Below are positions 12,128-26,196 of a DNA stretch of 64,000 bases, piece by piece. Location: contig CM052828.1 of the NCBI GenBank assembly GCA_028534125.1, positions 43,028,001 to 43,092,000 on the forward strand, given 5' to 3'. Source of the stretch: Lama glama (Eukaryota). The position numbers were made by a program, and so were the translations under genes. The first letter of the stretch is position 1. The number at the start of each line of letters is the position of its first letter. The notes below the pieces were generated by a model. That model was not told the origin of the DNA. It ran no database searches and saw nothing but the letters and a program-made list of their open reading frames with translations.

Positions 12128-12204
12128 AAAGTGGGGAGAATACTTAATATAACTGCTTGACCTTATGAAATGGGTGATAGAAAGGGTAAGGATAATATTT
12201 AATC

Positions 12205-12427
12205 ACCAGCTAACATTTGCCAAGTGTATATGACGTGCCACGTACTAAGCTATTCTACTGAAAACTCACAAAACTCATATGGAGTAGAAATAATTGTCCT
12301 CATTTTACCAATGGTTAAGCCAAGGATTAGCATGTTTATAAAGTTTCCAGTGGTCACACAGAGCCGATAAATAGAGATGGGATTCAGATAAAAGTCTAAT
12401 GTAAACACCATGCTCTTAACTGCTATG
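12205..12427 (-). mobile_element. MIR SINE
   Basis: GCTAACATTT...TGCCA...CCTCATTTTAC...GGTCACACAG...GGGATTC...TGCTCTTAAC. Confidence 0.7.
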
Positions 12428-12601
12428 AAATCTCAATATTTTCAGACAGCAAGAGTTTATTATACTGAAGTCAGTTTGAACAGTCTCATTTTTTCTTAAA
12501 CTGTGTCTAATTTTATGAACTTGAGTTCTGCAGTTTTAGCTTAATATAAAACAAATGTTTTCCACAGCATTAAAAATCTTAAGTATACTTTAATTGATGC
12601 C

Positions 12602-13104
12602 CGTTTTAGATTTCTATCGCTGTCGCAACAAATTGCCACATATTTTGTGGCTTAAAACAACACAAGTGTATTTTTGCCTTACCGTTCTGAGAGTCAGAAG
12701 TTCAACACTGGTGTTATGGGGATAAAATGAAGGTGTTGGCTGGGCCACACCTTCTTCTGGAGGCTCCAGAAGAAATTTTTCTTCTTGCCTTTTCCATCTT
12801 GTTGCGGCTGCCTGTGATCCTTGCTTCACACCTGTACTTCATTTTCAAGTCCAGCAGCAGCGGGTGGAGTCTTTCTCATTTGGCATCACCCTGATCTACC
12901 CTTCTGCCTCCCTCTACCACTTTCCAGAACACTTGCATATACATTGATAATCCAAAATAACCTTCCTACTGTAGGGTCAGCTGATGAGAAACCTTACTTC
13001 CATCTGCAAACTTTTCTTTGTCATGTAACCTAACATGGTCACAGGTTCTAGTGATTAGGACGTAGACAGCTTTGGGACTCGGGGGGAACATGCTGCCTAG
13101 CACA
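12602..13104 (-). mobile_element. MLT1D-like MaLR solo LTR
   Basis: GTGGCTTAAAACAACACAA...TTCTGGAGGCTC...GGTCAGCTGATGAG...ACAGGTTCTAGTGATTAGGACGT...TGCCTAGCACA. Confidence 0.88.
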
Positions 13105-13524
13105 GTGTCTAGTACTATCTTTTAGAACACTATCCTAATGCTTTATGCTGCCGGGATCCTATCTCTGAATATGTTATTAACATTGATATTATTTCCTTAG
13201 TTTATTGAGGAAATAATATATTAACACTGAGATTATATGTACCTAAATAGTAGGAAATTCCATCCATTATATATTTCTTACCTACTGCAGATTTCCCAGT
13301 TCTTGAGTTTGTAATTTTGTCTTATGGGTTATTCACTGGAATATTTTTTGATAGTTTTATTTTTAAGATATTTTTGAGGATGTGTGCACATCTGCATGTA
13401 TATTTATGTTGATTTTACACATAAAAGATTGATTCTTGATGTGCACTTCATGATTGTAATTGTTTTCCATTGAAGATCCAGAAGAATACCATCTTTCCTG
13501 TCATCTAGAATTTCAGAGAATACG

Positions 13525-13698
13525 ACGTTGGGACAAAGGCAGTCCTGTGGGATGAATACTTAGTCTGTGGGATCTGATGCTATCTTAGGTTAGATCATGT
13601 CAGACTTGAGTTTAATAGTAGGCCACCCAGCTGGTATTGAAGGATTGCTTGGCAGTGTGTTTAACCCACACACACACACGTTGGAATTGGGTGCAGAA
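13525..13698 (+). mobile_element. MER21-like LTR 3' fragment
   Basis: GCAGTCCTGTGGGA...CTGTGGGATCTGATGCTATC...CACCCAGCTGGT; similar to the 3' part of 56100-56705. Confidence 0.7.
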
Positions 13699-13769
13699 TG
13701 CTTTAGCATGCAATTAAAAATAATCATGTGAAAAGAATGCATACCATGCATGTAAAAATCATCAAGATG

Positions 13770-13976
13770 CTGAAGAATGGTATATTACAGTCACATTTAT
13801 ATAAGGGCATATATAATATACCTTGGTGCATAGACTGTTTCTAGATCCTTATGTAAAAGTTGAATGATTCTGGGAAGGGTGTCCTGGTAACCGGAAGTCT
13901 AGGCTGAGAGGGAGACTTACTTTTTTATTACTATATTTTATTTGAATTTTAACATGTACCTGTATCACTTTTCAAA
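13770..13976 (+). mobile_element. Old L1 (L1ME/L1MC-like) 3' UTR fragment
   Basis: GGGAGACTTACTTTT...TTTGAATTTTAACATGTACCTGTATCACTTTTCAAA terminus. Confidence 0.6.
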
Positions 13977-16044
13977 GTAGTTCTTTCCAAAGTTTTTTTT
14001 TTCCTGCTTATAGTTAAACTGTCTTCCAGAAATCTTGTGGTGATTTACATTTCCATGAGAAATTTAGTGTCTTTTCCCAGAATAATCTTCCAGAATGTGG
14101 ATATCAGATCCCACTCACCTCTCACTCCTGTGCCATAAGTACAAATACCTATAAGTACTTATAGCCCACCTGAATACATTGTGGACATTTATATACCCCA
14201 AACTGACATTTCTACAAAAATTCAAAATACGAAACACCCGAAGAGTATCTAGTATCTGGGCAGTAAGGACCAAGGATGAGGGAGGGACACTAATAGTATG
14301 TTCCATGATTATAATTTTAATGCATAAAGCACTAGGAAGGGGCTATTAACAGAATGTATTGAAAAGTAAAGTGATATTGGGAGGGTCTCACAATAATAGG
14401 ACATTAAAATCTTTCTAATATGATTTTAGAGTGGAATCAAATCCAATTCAATTAAAACAGTGCTATGAACCATTAGACCAAGTGGACTACATTATGTTTC
14501 CTGGTGGTTGAATATGGAGAACATTTAGTTTCCATATTGATGTTTATCTTTATTTTCTATAGTAAACATGAAATTCATCATTATTAGAGAAAAATATCTT
14601 AAACATATACATAGTCAGGGAATGACAGCCCAAAACTCTACATTCACCATGGTTAACCTGAGTAGTGATAATAGGGTCTGAACACGGGCTCTTCACCTTT
14701 AAGAGATGATGTTCTCCATTCTGGTTTCATAGTCCTGTTTCTTGATGCTGTATGCAGTTTTCTTTTCATATGTTCCCATAGCATGCTGGCTGGAAGTTGC
14801 TGGAGGCTTTTGAGTTTTTGCTAACCACCATCTGCTCTACTTCAGAACAGGAATATTGATTTGTGTTCTTGAATTATGTGCAACATGTAGCCCATTCAAA
14901 GTGGAGCATGTTCTGTTAGAATGGATAACTAATCGTGGAATAATGCTCACCTTACCTGAACTGCCCACTTTTAGTTCCAGAATGAAGACAACCGTAGTAG
15001 TCAGGGGAAATCCATCCAGCTTATATTTCTCTCCTGTAATAATAACTCAGATTTATTTAACTCCATATTTTGTGAAGTAAGTGTATTAGTTTTAAGCGTG
15101 TAGACTCTTAACAGGGAATGAAAGCTAAATTTATATTTATGTAAGATTTGGTGGAACTTTACATGAACATTCAATCATACTTTTTCAGCACTCATGAAAG
15201 ACATTTTAGCTAGGGGATGCCTTTTCCTTTTTCCTTTTTCTCTTGTTTTGGCCCATTTGCATTTCTTTGCTTGCTCTGTTTCAGGTTTGTTGATCTTGTG
15301 TTCTCGTACAACAATAATGAGATCTGAGATGTCCCTTCCCTATATGAGTATTCTTTTCTTTTATTAAAATTTTAGATTTCTACATCTATGCTTAATTAAA
15401 ATTACTTTTGAGCTTTATATCTTCAGGAATTATTCTCTTAGGAGACTAAGCTTCCCTCCAATATGTGCTGCAAAACCCCTGCCTCTAGTTACACGTTAGT
15501 AGAACAAGATTCCTTCTTTACATGGACCTGAGGCTTGCTGAGTATCTCTGACTTTTCTCTTCTGCTGGCTCCATGCTCTACATGTATTTTGGTGCTAGGG
15601 ATGGCCTTAAACTCTTCTTGTTTCATAAGGAATAGCATGAAAATAAATCCCACCCTTTGCTGAAGTATGCTCACTTGACCCTTTGTGAAACTATCAAAGT
15701 TATTTACTCTAAGCTGAAGCTTAAAATTAAAAGCTTATGTGTAATATCAAGGTTGCTATATACAGTTGTACCAGCTGTGCACTATGAAAAACAAGAGGAA
15801 GCAGTTCACAACATAGGTGTCCTTGATTTGGGTATTAATTGGGATACTTTTTGACAGATGACAGAAAAGTGTTTTGATGCAACAAAATTGATACAAATAC
15901 TGACAATGTTCTGAAATATGGAATTGTCTTAAGGAAGAGACACTTTTTAAAAATGTGAACAGAGAATCATGTGGCTTACCACTGAGCCTAACTGTTGTGA
16001 CAAGGAATCTAGAGATTGCATTCATTCAAATACTGTTAGGTAGA

Positions 16045-16200
16045 TGGTACAATAGAGTGGTTATGAGCATGTTCTTTGGAGTCAGAAAGACCTGTCTCAA
16101 ATCCAGATTTCTTCACCTACCAGCTGTGTGACTTTGGCAGAAATATTTAACCTTTCAGAAACTTGGTCTCCTCATCTGGAGGAATGGGGATGGATTATAA
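16045..16200 (+). mobile_element. MIR SINE
   Basis: GTGGTTATGAGCAT...TTTGGAGTCAGAAAGACCTG...CAGCTGTGTGACTTTGG...CTCCTCATCTG. Confidence 0.88.
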
Positions 16201-17317
16201 AATTTTCATAGGTTAAAACATTAAACTGCTCTTGAAATATTAGAAAACATTGGTAAAGTGGGATAGATACTAGGCCAGCAAACTAGGGGACTGAGGGACA
16301 GTCTTATCTCAGATTTTCATTATGTGCGTGTCTATTGTATTTAATTAGTTAACTAATTTTAAAGTGGTACCATAGATAGAGGGCTTAGCAAAGTGGCTAG
16401 CAGGAGATGTACACATAATGATAACGCTTAGTCACAAATGCAGAGAAATGTAAAACATTGGTCTGAATGGCCAGAACTCCTGGACGATCAGAGGGATAGG
16501 ATTCAATACTGGAGAGCCAGGGGTAGCAGTCTTAGTATCGGAGGCTTTGGGTCCATCATATAAAATAAGCTGTTATAAATATGGGTAGAGTCCTCTGCTT
16601 CCTTTAGGCAGAAAATGCAGATGTTCAGTGCTTTCCCCAGAGGAGACTGGAGCAAATGATAAACTCTGTGGAATCCAGGTGAGGATGCCCACTTAAGAAA
16701 AATCTAAGACACTACCATATGAGAAGAAATTTTGCTAAAATAAGAAGCCCTTTGGCCTTTGTTCTCTTCTTGACCGAAGACAGAAAACAAGATAAAATTC
16801 ACCTCTAGTGAATTTACCCAAAGTGAATTTTATAACTCTTCCTGTGTGTGAAAATAAAGGGGAAATTGCAAAGATACCAGCAAGGAGGAGTAAGAGAAGG
16901 GTACAGGGATTTAACCTCAGGTAGAATTGTTTAAGTACTGATGTTATGTGAGGAGCTCTGATCTTTTGATGCCCAGGAGAAAATGTAGAAATATATCTAT
17001 CAAACCACATTTTAATCCCAAAATACCCAAAGAAGTTCTTGAGGCTGAAGAGCTGATGAGTACAGATGTGGAAATTTGGAAAGAGGAGCTGGATCCGGCA
17101 TAACTTGAAAGTGCCTATTGTGTATAAAACCACGTCTTTCAAGACATTTGCTTGTTTTAATTTGTTAGTATCTGTAATACTGTGCATTTTTCTATCCTAA
17201 TTTCTCAAAGCCATTTCTTTTTGTGGACCATCCAAGAAAGGATGTAGGTGGGGAGGAAATAGTCCCAGCCCAGTGTAGTTCCAGGGAAACCTTTAGAACG
17301 AGACATGCGGGAATATT

Positions 17318-17755
17318 TGTGTGATGACTTGGATTTGTAGAAGCAGATACTGAGATGGATGGGGGGGTGTATAGAATAATTATTAAGGAGCAGCTCCTGT
17401 GGAGGAAAGGCGGTGGAAGGACTAAGCAGAGGGAGAAGTAGAATAGCGATGTACCTCTGACCAAGCCTTCGCCAGCCACCAGGGAGCCCTGCAGTGAGAA
17501 GCGCCCAACAGAGCTGTCCCGGGATAGCCTGATGTGGCTGGATCTTTATACCCTACTTTGCTCAGTCACTGGATGGGGGCTGCCCTTCTCTGCTATTGCA
17601 CCTGTACTTGAGGGGGAGGCCTCAGGCAAAGTAGCTCTCCGCAGCTGAGCTAGACCCGAAGAAACTGAAATGAGAGAGTGTTGACTGCAGTTCTCCAGCT
17701 GGACATCACGTCTTCTCTTGATGGGCAATCTGAGTGGTGAATATCCACCCCCACT
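17318..17755 (-). mobile_element. LTR16-family (ERV-L) solo LTR
   Basis: GAAGCAGATACTGAGATGG...GCAGAGGGAGAAGT...CTTTATACCC...CAGTCACTGGATGGGGGCTGCCC...GCAGCTGAG...ATCTGAGTGG; TATA-like GGGTATAAAG on the minus strand. Confidence 0.8.
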
Positions 17756-19362
17756 CCTGTTATATAATATAAGTGATCTAAGACGGCCTTGACAGACAAA
17801 AGCTCAGCCGCATGCTGTACTTCTATCCATCTTGATTCTTTCATTTCTCCACTCCCATGGAAACCTGGTTTATTTCCTTTTGTAAGCCCAGCAAAAATCC
17901 CATAATATCTATCTCAACTATGCAGGCTTCTAAATATCTACTAGATGTATGTGATCCATGTTTCCCACGCAGTATTCAGCCAGACCCTGCAGCATGTTTA
18001 TTTCTCTTAATAACATCATTTTCATTATTTTTACAGTTTCTCATTTATTTCCTTTTATTATGTAGAGATAGAAATCTTAACTCATACTTTTTCCAAGTGA
18101 AACTAGGAAAGGTAATGCTGTCTACGGCATTCTTCTTTTCTACAAATATATTTGAATGACTTAACAGAATTTACTATGTAGAAAAAATCGATTATAGAAT
18201 TATGGTAGATAATACTGGCCCCAAAATTTTAAGAAATGTTATGGACTTGAAATCTAAGCCTAAAGTAAGTAAACTTGAAACAGTTCTATATTTTATGTTT
18301 CATATTTTAATAAATTATTTCTCTAAGTGGTATCTGAAGAGCTTATTGCTCAAAATGAAGGCCTGTTTCCCTGGGAAAAAATAAAGCTCTCCTTTTTATT
18401 TCTTAATAAACCAAAGCTTATACCTAACACCTTTAATTTAATATTCCTAATTTAGCTTATATAGTTTTTTTTAAAAAGTAAAGAAGTGAAAAGATCATCG
18501 ACTGCCATGATACTGACGGCTGTTTTCTTGGCTTTCTGCAATCACAGTTCTCATATTCCCCTGACCATCCCAAACCTCGATGAGACCCTTCAGTCAGGAG
18601 TTTTACAGGAGTAGGCAAGCATGAAATTAATTTTCCAAAGAGAGGTAGCTTACAGATGCCAGAAGCTCATAACTGAGTAATGCTGGTAAATCCCTAAATT
18701 AGTTCTTTTGCTTCTAGGTTGTTTTTCTTGTTGCTGTGATTGCTCTTATGGTTTAACTGGGTGAATTCCTTCACTTTTTGTTTTCTTACATAGATAGAGT
18801 GGATTACACATTTTCAAACAAGGAAGTTCCTTTCCGTTACTCTGTGTGTGTGTAAGAATTTCTTGGCTACAGTCTTTTGCTGTAAGGCCTCGTTATCCAG
18901 GCACATGCCAGTTTTTTTTTTTAATGTTATTAGGAGACATTCCCTTTCATGTTGCATTTTTCCTTTGATTCTGGTTCTGTAAGAGACAGTACTGTGTACA
19001 GTTGCCAGCCCACTAGCTGTAATCTCTATTCTAAGGAATATGAATTCTGGTCTCTGTATAAAATCATGGAGGACTGCAACTTGAAGGATTGTAATGTTTT
19101 ATATACATTTCTCACAGAGAAATATATTGGGATGACTATATTAAACATGTGTAATTTTCAGTAATGTAATCCTTTAAAGTATAACTTTCCTTACGTGTAT
19201 ATGTGTATATAATAGTATATTTAAGACTAATATATAAAATAGCATATTTAGGCTATTATATATATTATACTAGTAAATATACTACTACTTCAACTCTTAT
19301 AAAGCAATTGTTATTGATTATTATAAATGCGTCCCACCTAATCATCTAGAATAGTGGTTGTT

Positions 19363-19364
<2 letters not shown>

Positions 19365-19402
<38 letters not shown>
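19365..19402. repeat. (GT)19 microsatellite
   Basis: Perfect dinucleotide run. Confidence 0.98.
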
Positions 19403-19405
<3 letters not shown>

Positions 19406-19679
19406 CAGAAAATTCCCCAGTGGTGTTTGGCTATAATGGATACTTTGAAAGTTATTAGTCAAGCATCCTACTGTGAATTCCCTCTCCCATCTCAGTTTAC
19501 ATACTATCAGCTGTATGGACATTTTATATAATTATATATGCTCATGGCCACAAATCAGACACAACCAAGTTAGAAACATCAGAGTCTCTGCACTAAGAAT
19601 TTACAACAAATCCCCTTCCACTCTTTTTAAATCGACATCATCTTCTTTTGTCCTGTAGAAGTACATGGAGCCTAGGAAA

Positions 19680-21915
19680 TAGGTAGTAATCTGGTCCAAG
19701 TCTCTCCCTCAAAGAGACCAATGGGCCATCAACCTGATGTTCATTTGTCTGGTACTTTTGTATGTAACTGGGATGGACATACTTAGAGTTGCAAGAATCT
19801 TCACATTTATCTCAAGACATGTGGAATAAGATCAAAACAGAAAAGTCAGGTGGAAGCCTTAATACTAAATCCTTCCACCCAGGTCAAGACAAAAAATCAG
19901 AAGCAATATTACATCCAGGCAGTTGGCAAAGATCAATGTCATCTTTGTAGATTTCCAGGATGCATTGTTAATGGTCTCCATCATATCCCAGTTTCCAAAA
20001 TAAAGAATAAGACATTGTACCTTGCATCTGCTGCAGAAAAGTTACAGCACTTGTAGTTGTCTCTGAGGGCTGCATATATCACACTTGGGAAGATGGCTCC
20101 AAACTATTTATTAGGCCTTGAAAAGTTGTGTGTTGTGGGTGGGTACAGAGGAAGAAAGAATTCTACAGCAGATCGAAGCTATGATATTTGTAGCCCTATC
20201 AATTAGACCATACGACCCAGGAGGCCTCAAGTTGCTAGAGGTGTCCATGGTAGATAGGAATGCTTGGTTGTGTGTCTTGCAAGCTAAACTCCTCAAAAGA
20301 TTGAAGAACAGTTAACATAAAATTGTCTGTGTTTCTGAAGGAAGTCCATGCCAGCAGCAGCAGAAAAGTATTCCTCATGTGAAAAGTGGATCCTGACATG
20401 TTACTCAACTTTAGCAGAGACTGAATGCCTAAGTATGGGACAAAAATTAACTCTGCAGTTGAAGCCTCCCATCATGCCCTGGGTTTGGCAGACCTATCAG
20501 ATCGTAGGCTTGATTGACAAAGCATCAACTCATGATGCAAGTGAAACAGTGCATGCATATTTGGTCCTGAGAGGGTCCAGTGGACACAAGTTAGCTGAAC
20601 AAAATGCTGGCTCGTGTACCCATGTTGCTAGCCTCTGTTGCATCCCTCCTTAGGTCATACTATGGCCCTGTAGGGTTTTACCATGCATGGTCAGATGATG
20701 AACAAGTAGGGGAAAATATGAATGGCTCGGTTGAACCTGATAATACAAGAAGAAAATGGTGCATGGCTGCTCAAAGCATCACTTAGAGGTAGCCCTGTAG
20801 AACTGTTGAATAGAAATCTTCCCAGTAGACAGAGCTATGAGCAATGCACTCAGGCATCAGCTTAGCCTGGAAGGAGGGTAGCTTGAGAGAACTCCTAAGA
20901 TGTGATCGTCTTGGCTTATTGTTCAGAGGCCAGGAGGACTACTGGGAGATTAGGGCCTGTATAGCCTGGCAAGGACTCATGTGGATGGTCCTATGAAAGT
21001 GGGCACAGAGATGTGTCATCTCACATCAAGGAGGGATCAGTCTCTCACAGAGGAGACCCTAAAAGTTACTCAGTACAGCTCATCCAGCCACTGTTTTCCG
21101 TTATCCCAGTTCCTGAAAAAGGGATCAATAATGCTGTATCCATTGTGATCAGGGGTGGAAATTTTGCACCCAGTAAAAAGGGCTTTCTCAACAAGGCATT
21201 TCTCACCTCTGTTTGATCTTTCAAATACTTAATGACAGGTTAATTGTGTTAAATCCATTCCTTACTGGAGTTTGGGATTCATTTTTACTTATATTAATAC
21301 ATTTTCAGGTTTGCTTTTGCCTTTTTTGCATGTATAATCCTTAGGTATAGCATCAATACCCAAGGGGTCATAGAGTACCTAATTTATCATATGATCCCAT
21401 GTAACATTGCCTTTCGCACATAAAAAAAAAAGAAAAAGAAAAAGACCCTTCATTGAGAGAGGTGCAACAATTGGCCAGTTAGGATGGTTGTATCCTAGAA
21501 GCTGTCAGCATCATACAATGAACCAATTTGGGGAAGACACCCGGCAGTTTGGGCTGATGTATCTCAAGTCCATCAATTTATGGTGCTGTGACCCTATAGG
21601 TGTAACAAATGTCCAGGACCCAAGAGACATGGATATAGCCATGGCCCCTTTACCTCCCTAACTCTCAGTGACCCAACTGGCCTGTTTGTACTTACCATCT
21701 GCAACGTGAGGTTTGCTGGGCTAGAATCCCTTATTCCCAAGGAGGATACAACAAGATTTCAACTAGATATGATGTTATGACTGCCCTCTGAAACAATGTC
21801 CCCCTCCCTTCACTTCCTTCTTCCTTTTTAAATGGGGGAATTCTGCATAGTTGCCACTCTGGAAGAATCAGAGCCAGATGGGCTGAATTTAGTATAGGGA
21901 ACTTTTGTGGATCTG
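19680..21915 (+). mobile_element. Decayed ERV-L internal region (ERV3-16A3-like): pol and dUTPase remnants
   Basis: ORF 19850 KNQKQYYI. ORF 20118 EEERILQQIEAMIFVALSIRPYDPGGLKLLEVSMVDRNA (cf. EQEKALQQVQAAVQAALPLGPYDP..MVLEVSVADRDA). ORF 20348 MPAAAEKYSSCEKWILTCYSTLAETECLSMGQ (cf. MPS.ADNYSPFEKQLLACYWALVETE.LTMG). KSSQ*TEL RNase H motif near 20815. Confidence 0.9.
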
Positions 21916-21919
21916 TGCA

Positions 21920-22415
21920 GTATAGTGGGTGATATCGATGGCCCATTCATCTCCTCTGACCCTTGCCCCTGCAGTAGCTGCAGGTCTGAGTTCCAGCTGC
22001 CATCACATTCATTTTATTGCTGAGAATTTTTTTTTTGTGCTGCCAGAGACTGCTTTGATACTGAGCTCACTTTGTCAGCACTGTGGCCCACTGGGAATGC
22101 TGAGTACTTGAAGACACCCGGGAACCAGCTGTGAATCAATGACAATCCAATGACAGTGGAAGTTGGTAGAGTAGTATGTCCCACCTCCTTGTCATTCAGG
22201 AGGGATAATCTGAAATCAGGTATCATAGACCCGGCTCCTAGTTTCCCCAATAAAATTAAGCTCAAAGAGCTGATTCGAAAATGCTCACTTTGTAGGATGC
22301 CTTCTCTGGTTTCACTTCTTTACTCCTCTACCAGTGTTCTCTTTACCTTCAAAGTAAGTGGCTAACAACTAGATATTTGTCTCTAGTTCTTACTCTTAAA
22401 GAATTCCATGTAGAT
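21920..22415 (+). mobile_element. LTR16C / ERV3-16A3-like 3' LTR
   Basis: Directly follows the internal region; CCAATGAC...CCCACCTCCTTGTCATTCAGGAGGGATAATCTGA...CTCCTCTACCAGTGTT matches the LTR16-type layout. Confidence 0.65.
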
Positions 22416-22614
22416 ACTGCCTTCTCTGGCATCTAATTTGGATGACGCTTTCTGTCTCTCCCAGGCTTTGTCATTGTTTATGTAGACGTAGCCTCTGCTG
22501 ACAACTGCGTTTCTCTCTAGTTCCTGTTGTGCAGTCCAGCATATCCCCCAAAGGCTCCTCCTTTCCCAGACAGAAGGCCCTCCCTGGTATGCTGACCCCC
22601 GTGCCCATCCACAC

Positions 22615-22770
22615 TGCTCTGTGTAAACGCTGTGTAGATAGTTGCCAGTGCACCGAGAATTCAACTTTTGCTTTTTGGAACTTTCTGGAATTTTTTTTCT
22701 CTAATATTTTTAATCCACAATTGGTTGAATTCATGGATGTGGAACCTGTGAATACAGAGAGCTGGCTGTA
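22615..22770 (+). mobile_element. Tigger2-family (TcMar-Tigger) terminal fragment
   Basis: AATTCAACTTTTGCTTTTTGGAACTTTCTGGAATTTT...TTGGTTGAATTCATGGATGTGGAACCTGTGAATACAGAGAGCTGGCTG followed by TA. Confidence 0.85.
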
Positions 22771-23339
22771 ATGAGATTCTTTAATTTCGCTTTGCAATTC
22801 CCTGTGGCTTCTTTACCTAACGGGGATATCATGGTCTAGCCTGAGAAGAGCAAAGTAAATAAAGCACATGAAGAGTAGTTTACACATCTGTTACCCTCAC
22901 TGCACGTGCAGCTAAAGTAGTCTTAACAAGGCAGTGTTCACAATTACACGTGTTGTGGGTGTGAAATCACGAGAGATCAAAAGTTTGCTTTCAGGTTAGC
23001 AAGGGTACAGTATTTTTAAATACTACAGAGCAAAGAAAATATCCAACAAACCTTTATCATATGACATGAAAGAGGCATGTATCTATGTGGGGAGGAGTGT
23101 CTTTAAACTGTGCAGTGATGCATAAAAAATGCCCATATACTTACAAAAGTTTATCAAATGCCAGTGGCTAACTGTGAGTGTTTTCAAGTGACTTTATGCT
23201 AAGATTTCTTTAAAACATACTTTTTATGCGATAGCCCTTGGGAAAATATGTTACTAACAATTTATATCCATTACCTCTTCAAATGTTACCTTTATCATTT
23301 CTTTCAGGATGTTTACCCCTCAGTATTTCTACATATGCA

Positions 23340-23620
23340 TATGGTATTATCTCATTATTATATATGATACTATAATTATAGGCTATACAATAATGGATAA
23401 TCATTACATATATAAAATATAAATAGGTATATGTCACATATAACAAATAAATAATTATACATAAAGTATATATAATATGCCTAATATATCATATTTAATC
23501 CATATGTTATATTGATATCTAACTATATATTATAGGTTCCTAATTTAGTCAGGGAGAGCAAATTATATATATATGTTACTAATTTAATTATTTGGAATAT
23601 TTTTATATATTCTTAGTTTT
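23340..23620. repeat. AT-rich low-complexity tract
   Basis: Degenerate (TA)n/(TATAA)n sequence. Confidence 0.75.
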
Positions 23621-24589
23621 TGAGAATTAAAGAATTCTATTTCCTAAGAATATGTTTTCTATATTCCTGAGTAAGTAAAACCCTTATTCCTATGACGTAT
23701 TTCCCCAACATACTGTTTAATAAGGGAGAACAAGAATTTTTTGTTGTCTGTATTGTTTTGAACGACATCCCAACTGGTTTATTCCACATGACAGTTAATA
23801 AAGGTTAACTAACTGAAGTCTGATCTCCAGATATGCTAGTGTCTTCATCCCTGTCAATCTCCTGAATTTATTGCAACAGCAGTCCAAATAGACAGGTTAA
23901 TTATTGTGGCTGAAATAAAGCAGGTTCTGTCACAACTGAATGCTTCAGCTAGTTTAGGTAAAGAGGAATATAGGATGTCAGATTATGATATAGGGAAAAA
24001 AGTTGAGAACCTATTGTATTGCACAAATCTTGCTTTCCAGCATTTAGGTGTCTGTGTTTTCCTCTCGTATAAAATAGACCTGAAATACAAAAGGTGATTT
24101 CTGTTTAAATATGCTTCCTAGTGTTGCAAGTGCTAAATGTGTCAATGCCTGATTTTATTTTAGACATTGAAATAATTTGGTGAGAATCAGTAGTTTAAGG
24201 ATAAAATGATTTTCATATCAATGCTTTTTTCTCCATAATTCTAGATTTGAAAGTAATTTACCAATTTTTTTGGTAAAGCAAAACATAAAAAATTTAAAAA
24301 GAATGGCTGCCTCTCTTTAAAGAAAAAAAACATAAATGCTATTTACAAAAGAAAAGAAAAAAAAAGAAGTAAGAAAAAGAATTCCATGTATGTAAGGTTA
24401 CATAAACTGATAAAAGTCATGGATGAAAATGGTCTAGGCTCTTCCAAGGAATACGAAAAAGGGCATAGGGGAATATTACTATCTACTGATAAGTTTTCAT
24501 TTGCTTTGCAGAGCACAATGATTAGGTAGCTTCTAGCCTCCTTAAAAATGAACAAAACAACAGCAACAACAAAACAAATGAGTTACATA

Positions 24590-24702
24590 CTGGTCCCATT
24601 TTACAGATTGGATCATGCAAGATCACATAGCAAGAAAGTGGAACCATTCATATTTAAACCCAGGTATTTCTAATCCAGAATCTGGACTGTAAATCACTGT
24701 GT
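24590..24702 (-). mobile_element. MIR fragment
   Basis: CCCATTTTACAGAT...AAGATCACATAGC...TTTAAACCCAGGT. Confidence 0.7.
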
Positions 24703-25216
24703 TTATTATGTCACTGTGAAGAGATATGTGAAGGCACAGATCTTTTTATGTGTTGTACTTCTTTATTCAAAGGGCAGAAGAATCTGCCTGTCTGTGATAG
24801 AAGAAAATGTATACTCAGTAGCCTTGTGGCCTTGGGTACTACCAGAATCAGGCTCTAGGACCTGCCGGAAGCCTGCCATAGTGCAGTCACAGAGTGTGTC
24901 TGCCAGCCTGTGCTTCCTGATACACTGGCAGAGGAGTCTGAGCGCCAGAAAGCTCTATTTCCCCTGAGTCCAGTCTTAAATGGAAGACACGGTGTTTGCA
25001 CCGTGGAGGGTATGTAAGACTCTGCAGTGGCTTGTCGTACAAACTCCCTCTGGTGACTGCGCCTCCCTTTGAAGTCTACTGCTATTAGATTCAATGTGCG
25101 TAGTGTTCCTGAAACTATGAAGCTGATTAATGTCAACCAATGCCATGTATGTAGGCTGCCCTGAAGAACCTCCTTCACTTTACAGAAAAAATCTAAAATA
25201 GCTTTTTTTTTTTTGA

Positions 25217-25522
25217 TCATTCATCCATACATTATTTAACAAATAGGAATTCACAACTTCTACATATATTTTGCCAGGCATTGTTTTGGGAACTGGGGAT
25301 GAAGCAATCAAGGAAATAATGTCCTTTCCCTGCTGGGGTTTCTGTTTGAGTGGAAACAGAGAAGACTGTGAATGAGATTAAAGAAATAGCAAAGGGCCAT
25401 GGTAAAAATTTGGATTTCATTGGAACTGTGATGGAAAGCCACTGAAAGTTTTTGAGCAGGGAAATAGTCAAATGTGGCTTATGTTTTAAAGGGATCCTTC
25501 TGGCTGTAATGAGGTGAATAGA
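25217..25522 (-). mobile_element. L2 fragment (3' end, internally deleted)
   Basis: TCATTCATCC...TGCCAGGCATTGTT...GCCACTGAAAGTTTTTGAGCAGGG...TTTTAAAGGGATCCTTCTGGCTG. Confidence 0.85.
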
Positions 25523-26196
25523 TACATACCCCTCCATATTCATGTGGCCAAGTTAATTCTCTTGGCCCTAGATAAACAGCCCCCCTCTTGCTCCCAAGAA
25601 CCCTTCTGTACTGCCATTATATTACTGTGTGCCATGTGAACAAACCTTCAGCCTTATCACCCTTGTAGTGCAGTCCATCAGAACCCTGACATGGACCAGT
25701 GTTCAGTAGGCTGTGATATTTGGGAACCTTATTCTCAAGAAAAATAGGCATAGTTTAGTCCAGAGCCTATTTGCAATTCTAACAAGATACGTTATCTCTT
25801 TTTTGACACTGCAGAAGATTTCAAGCAGTAATTTTGTAGAGAAGTGCCATTGAAGCAAGCATGATAAATTTGAATCCAAAGATAAGGAATTTGGGATTTA
25901 CTTTTTTTTGCATAACTTAAAGGACTTCTTCACTTCCTGTATTATATGCCACCATAGTTGCTATTCTTAGAATAATGACGAGTGCAGTGCAGTTCAGTAA
26001 GTACGTTTGAAAAAAAAAATACTGTTGACCATGTGTGATTCTACAATTATATACTGCATGCTTTCTAGATGGAAGACAATATGCTAAGTTTTAAACGTGA
26101 TATATATTGAGAGAAGTTCATAATCTACTTCAGCAAGTTCACAGTCTACTTTAGCTTAAGAATTTAAGCACATGACTATTAACATGACTACATAAG

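Noticed and set aside
16735-17479. 150-aa and 95-aa minus-strand ORFs
   Set aside because: No recognisable domain or splice context, composition typical of translated AT-rich DNA, and the second overlaps an LTR16-like element.
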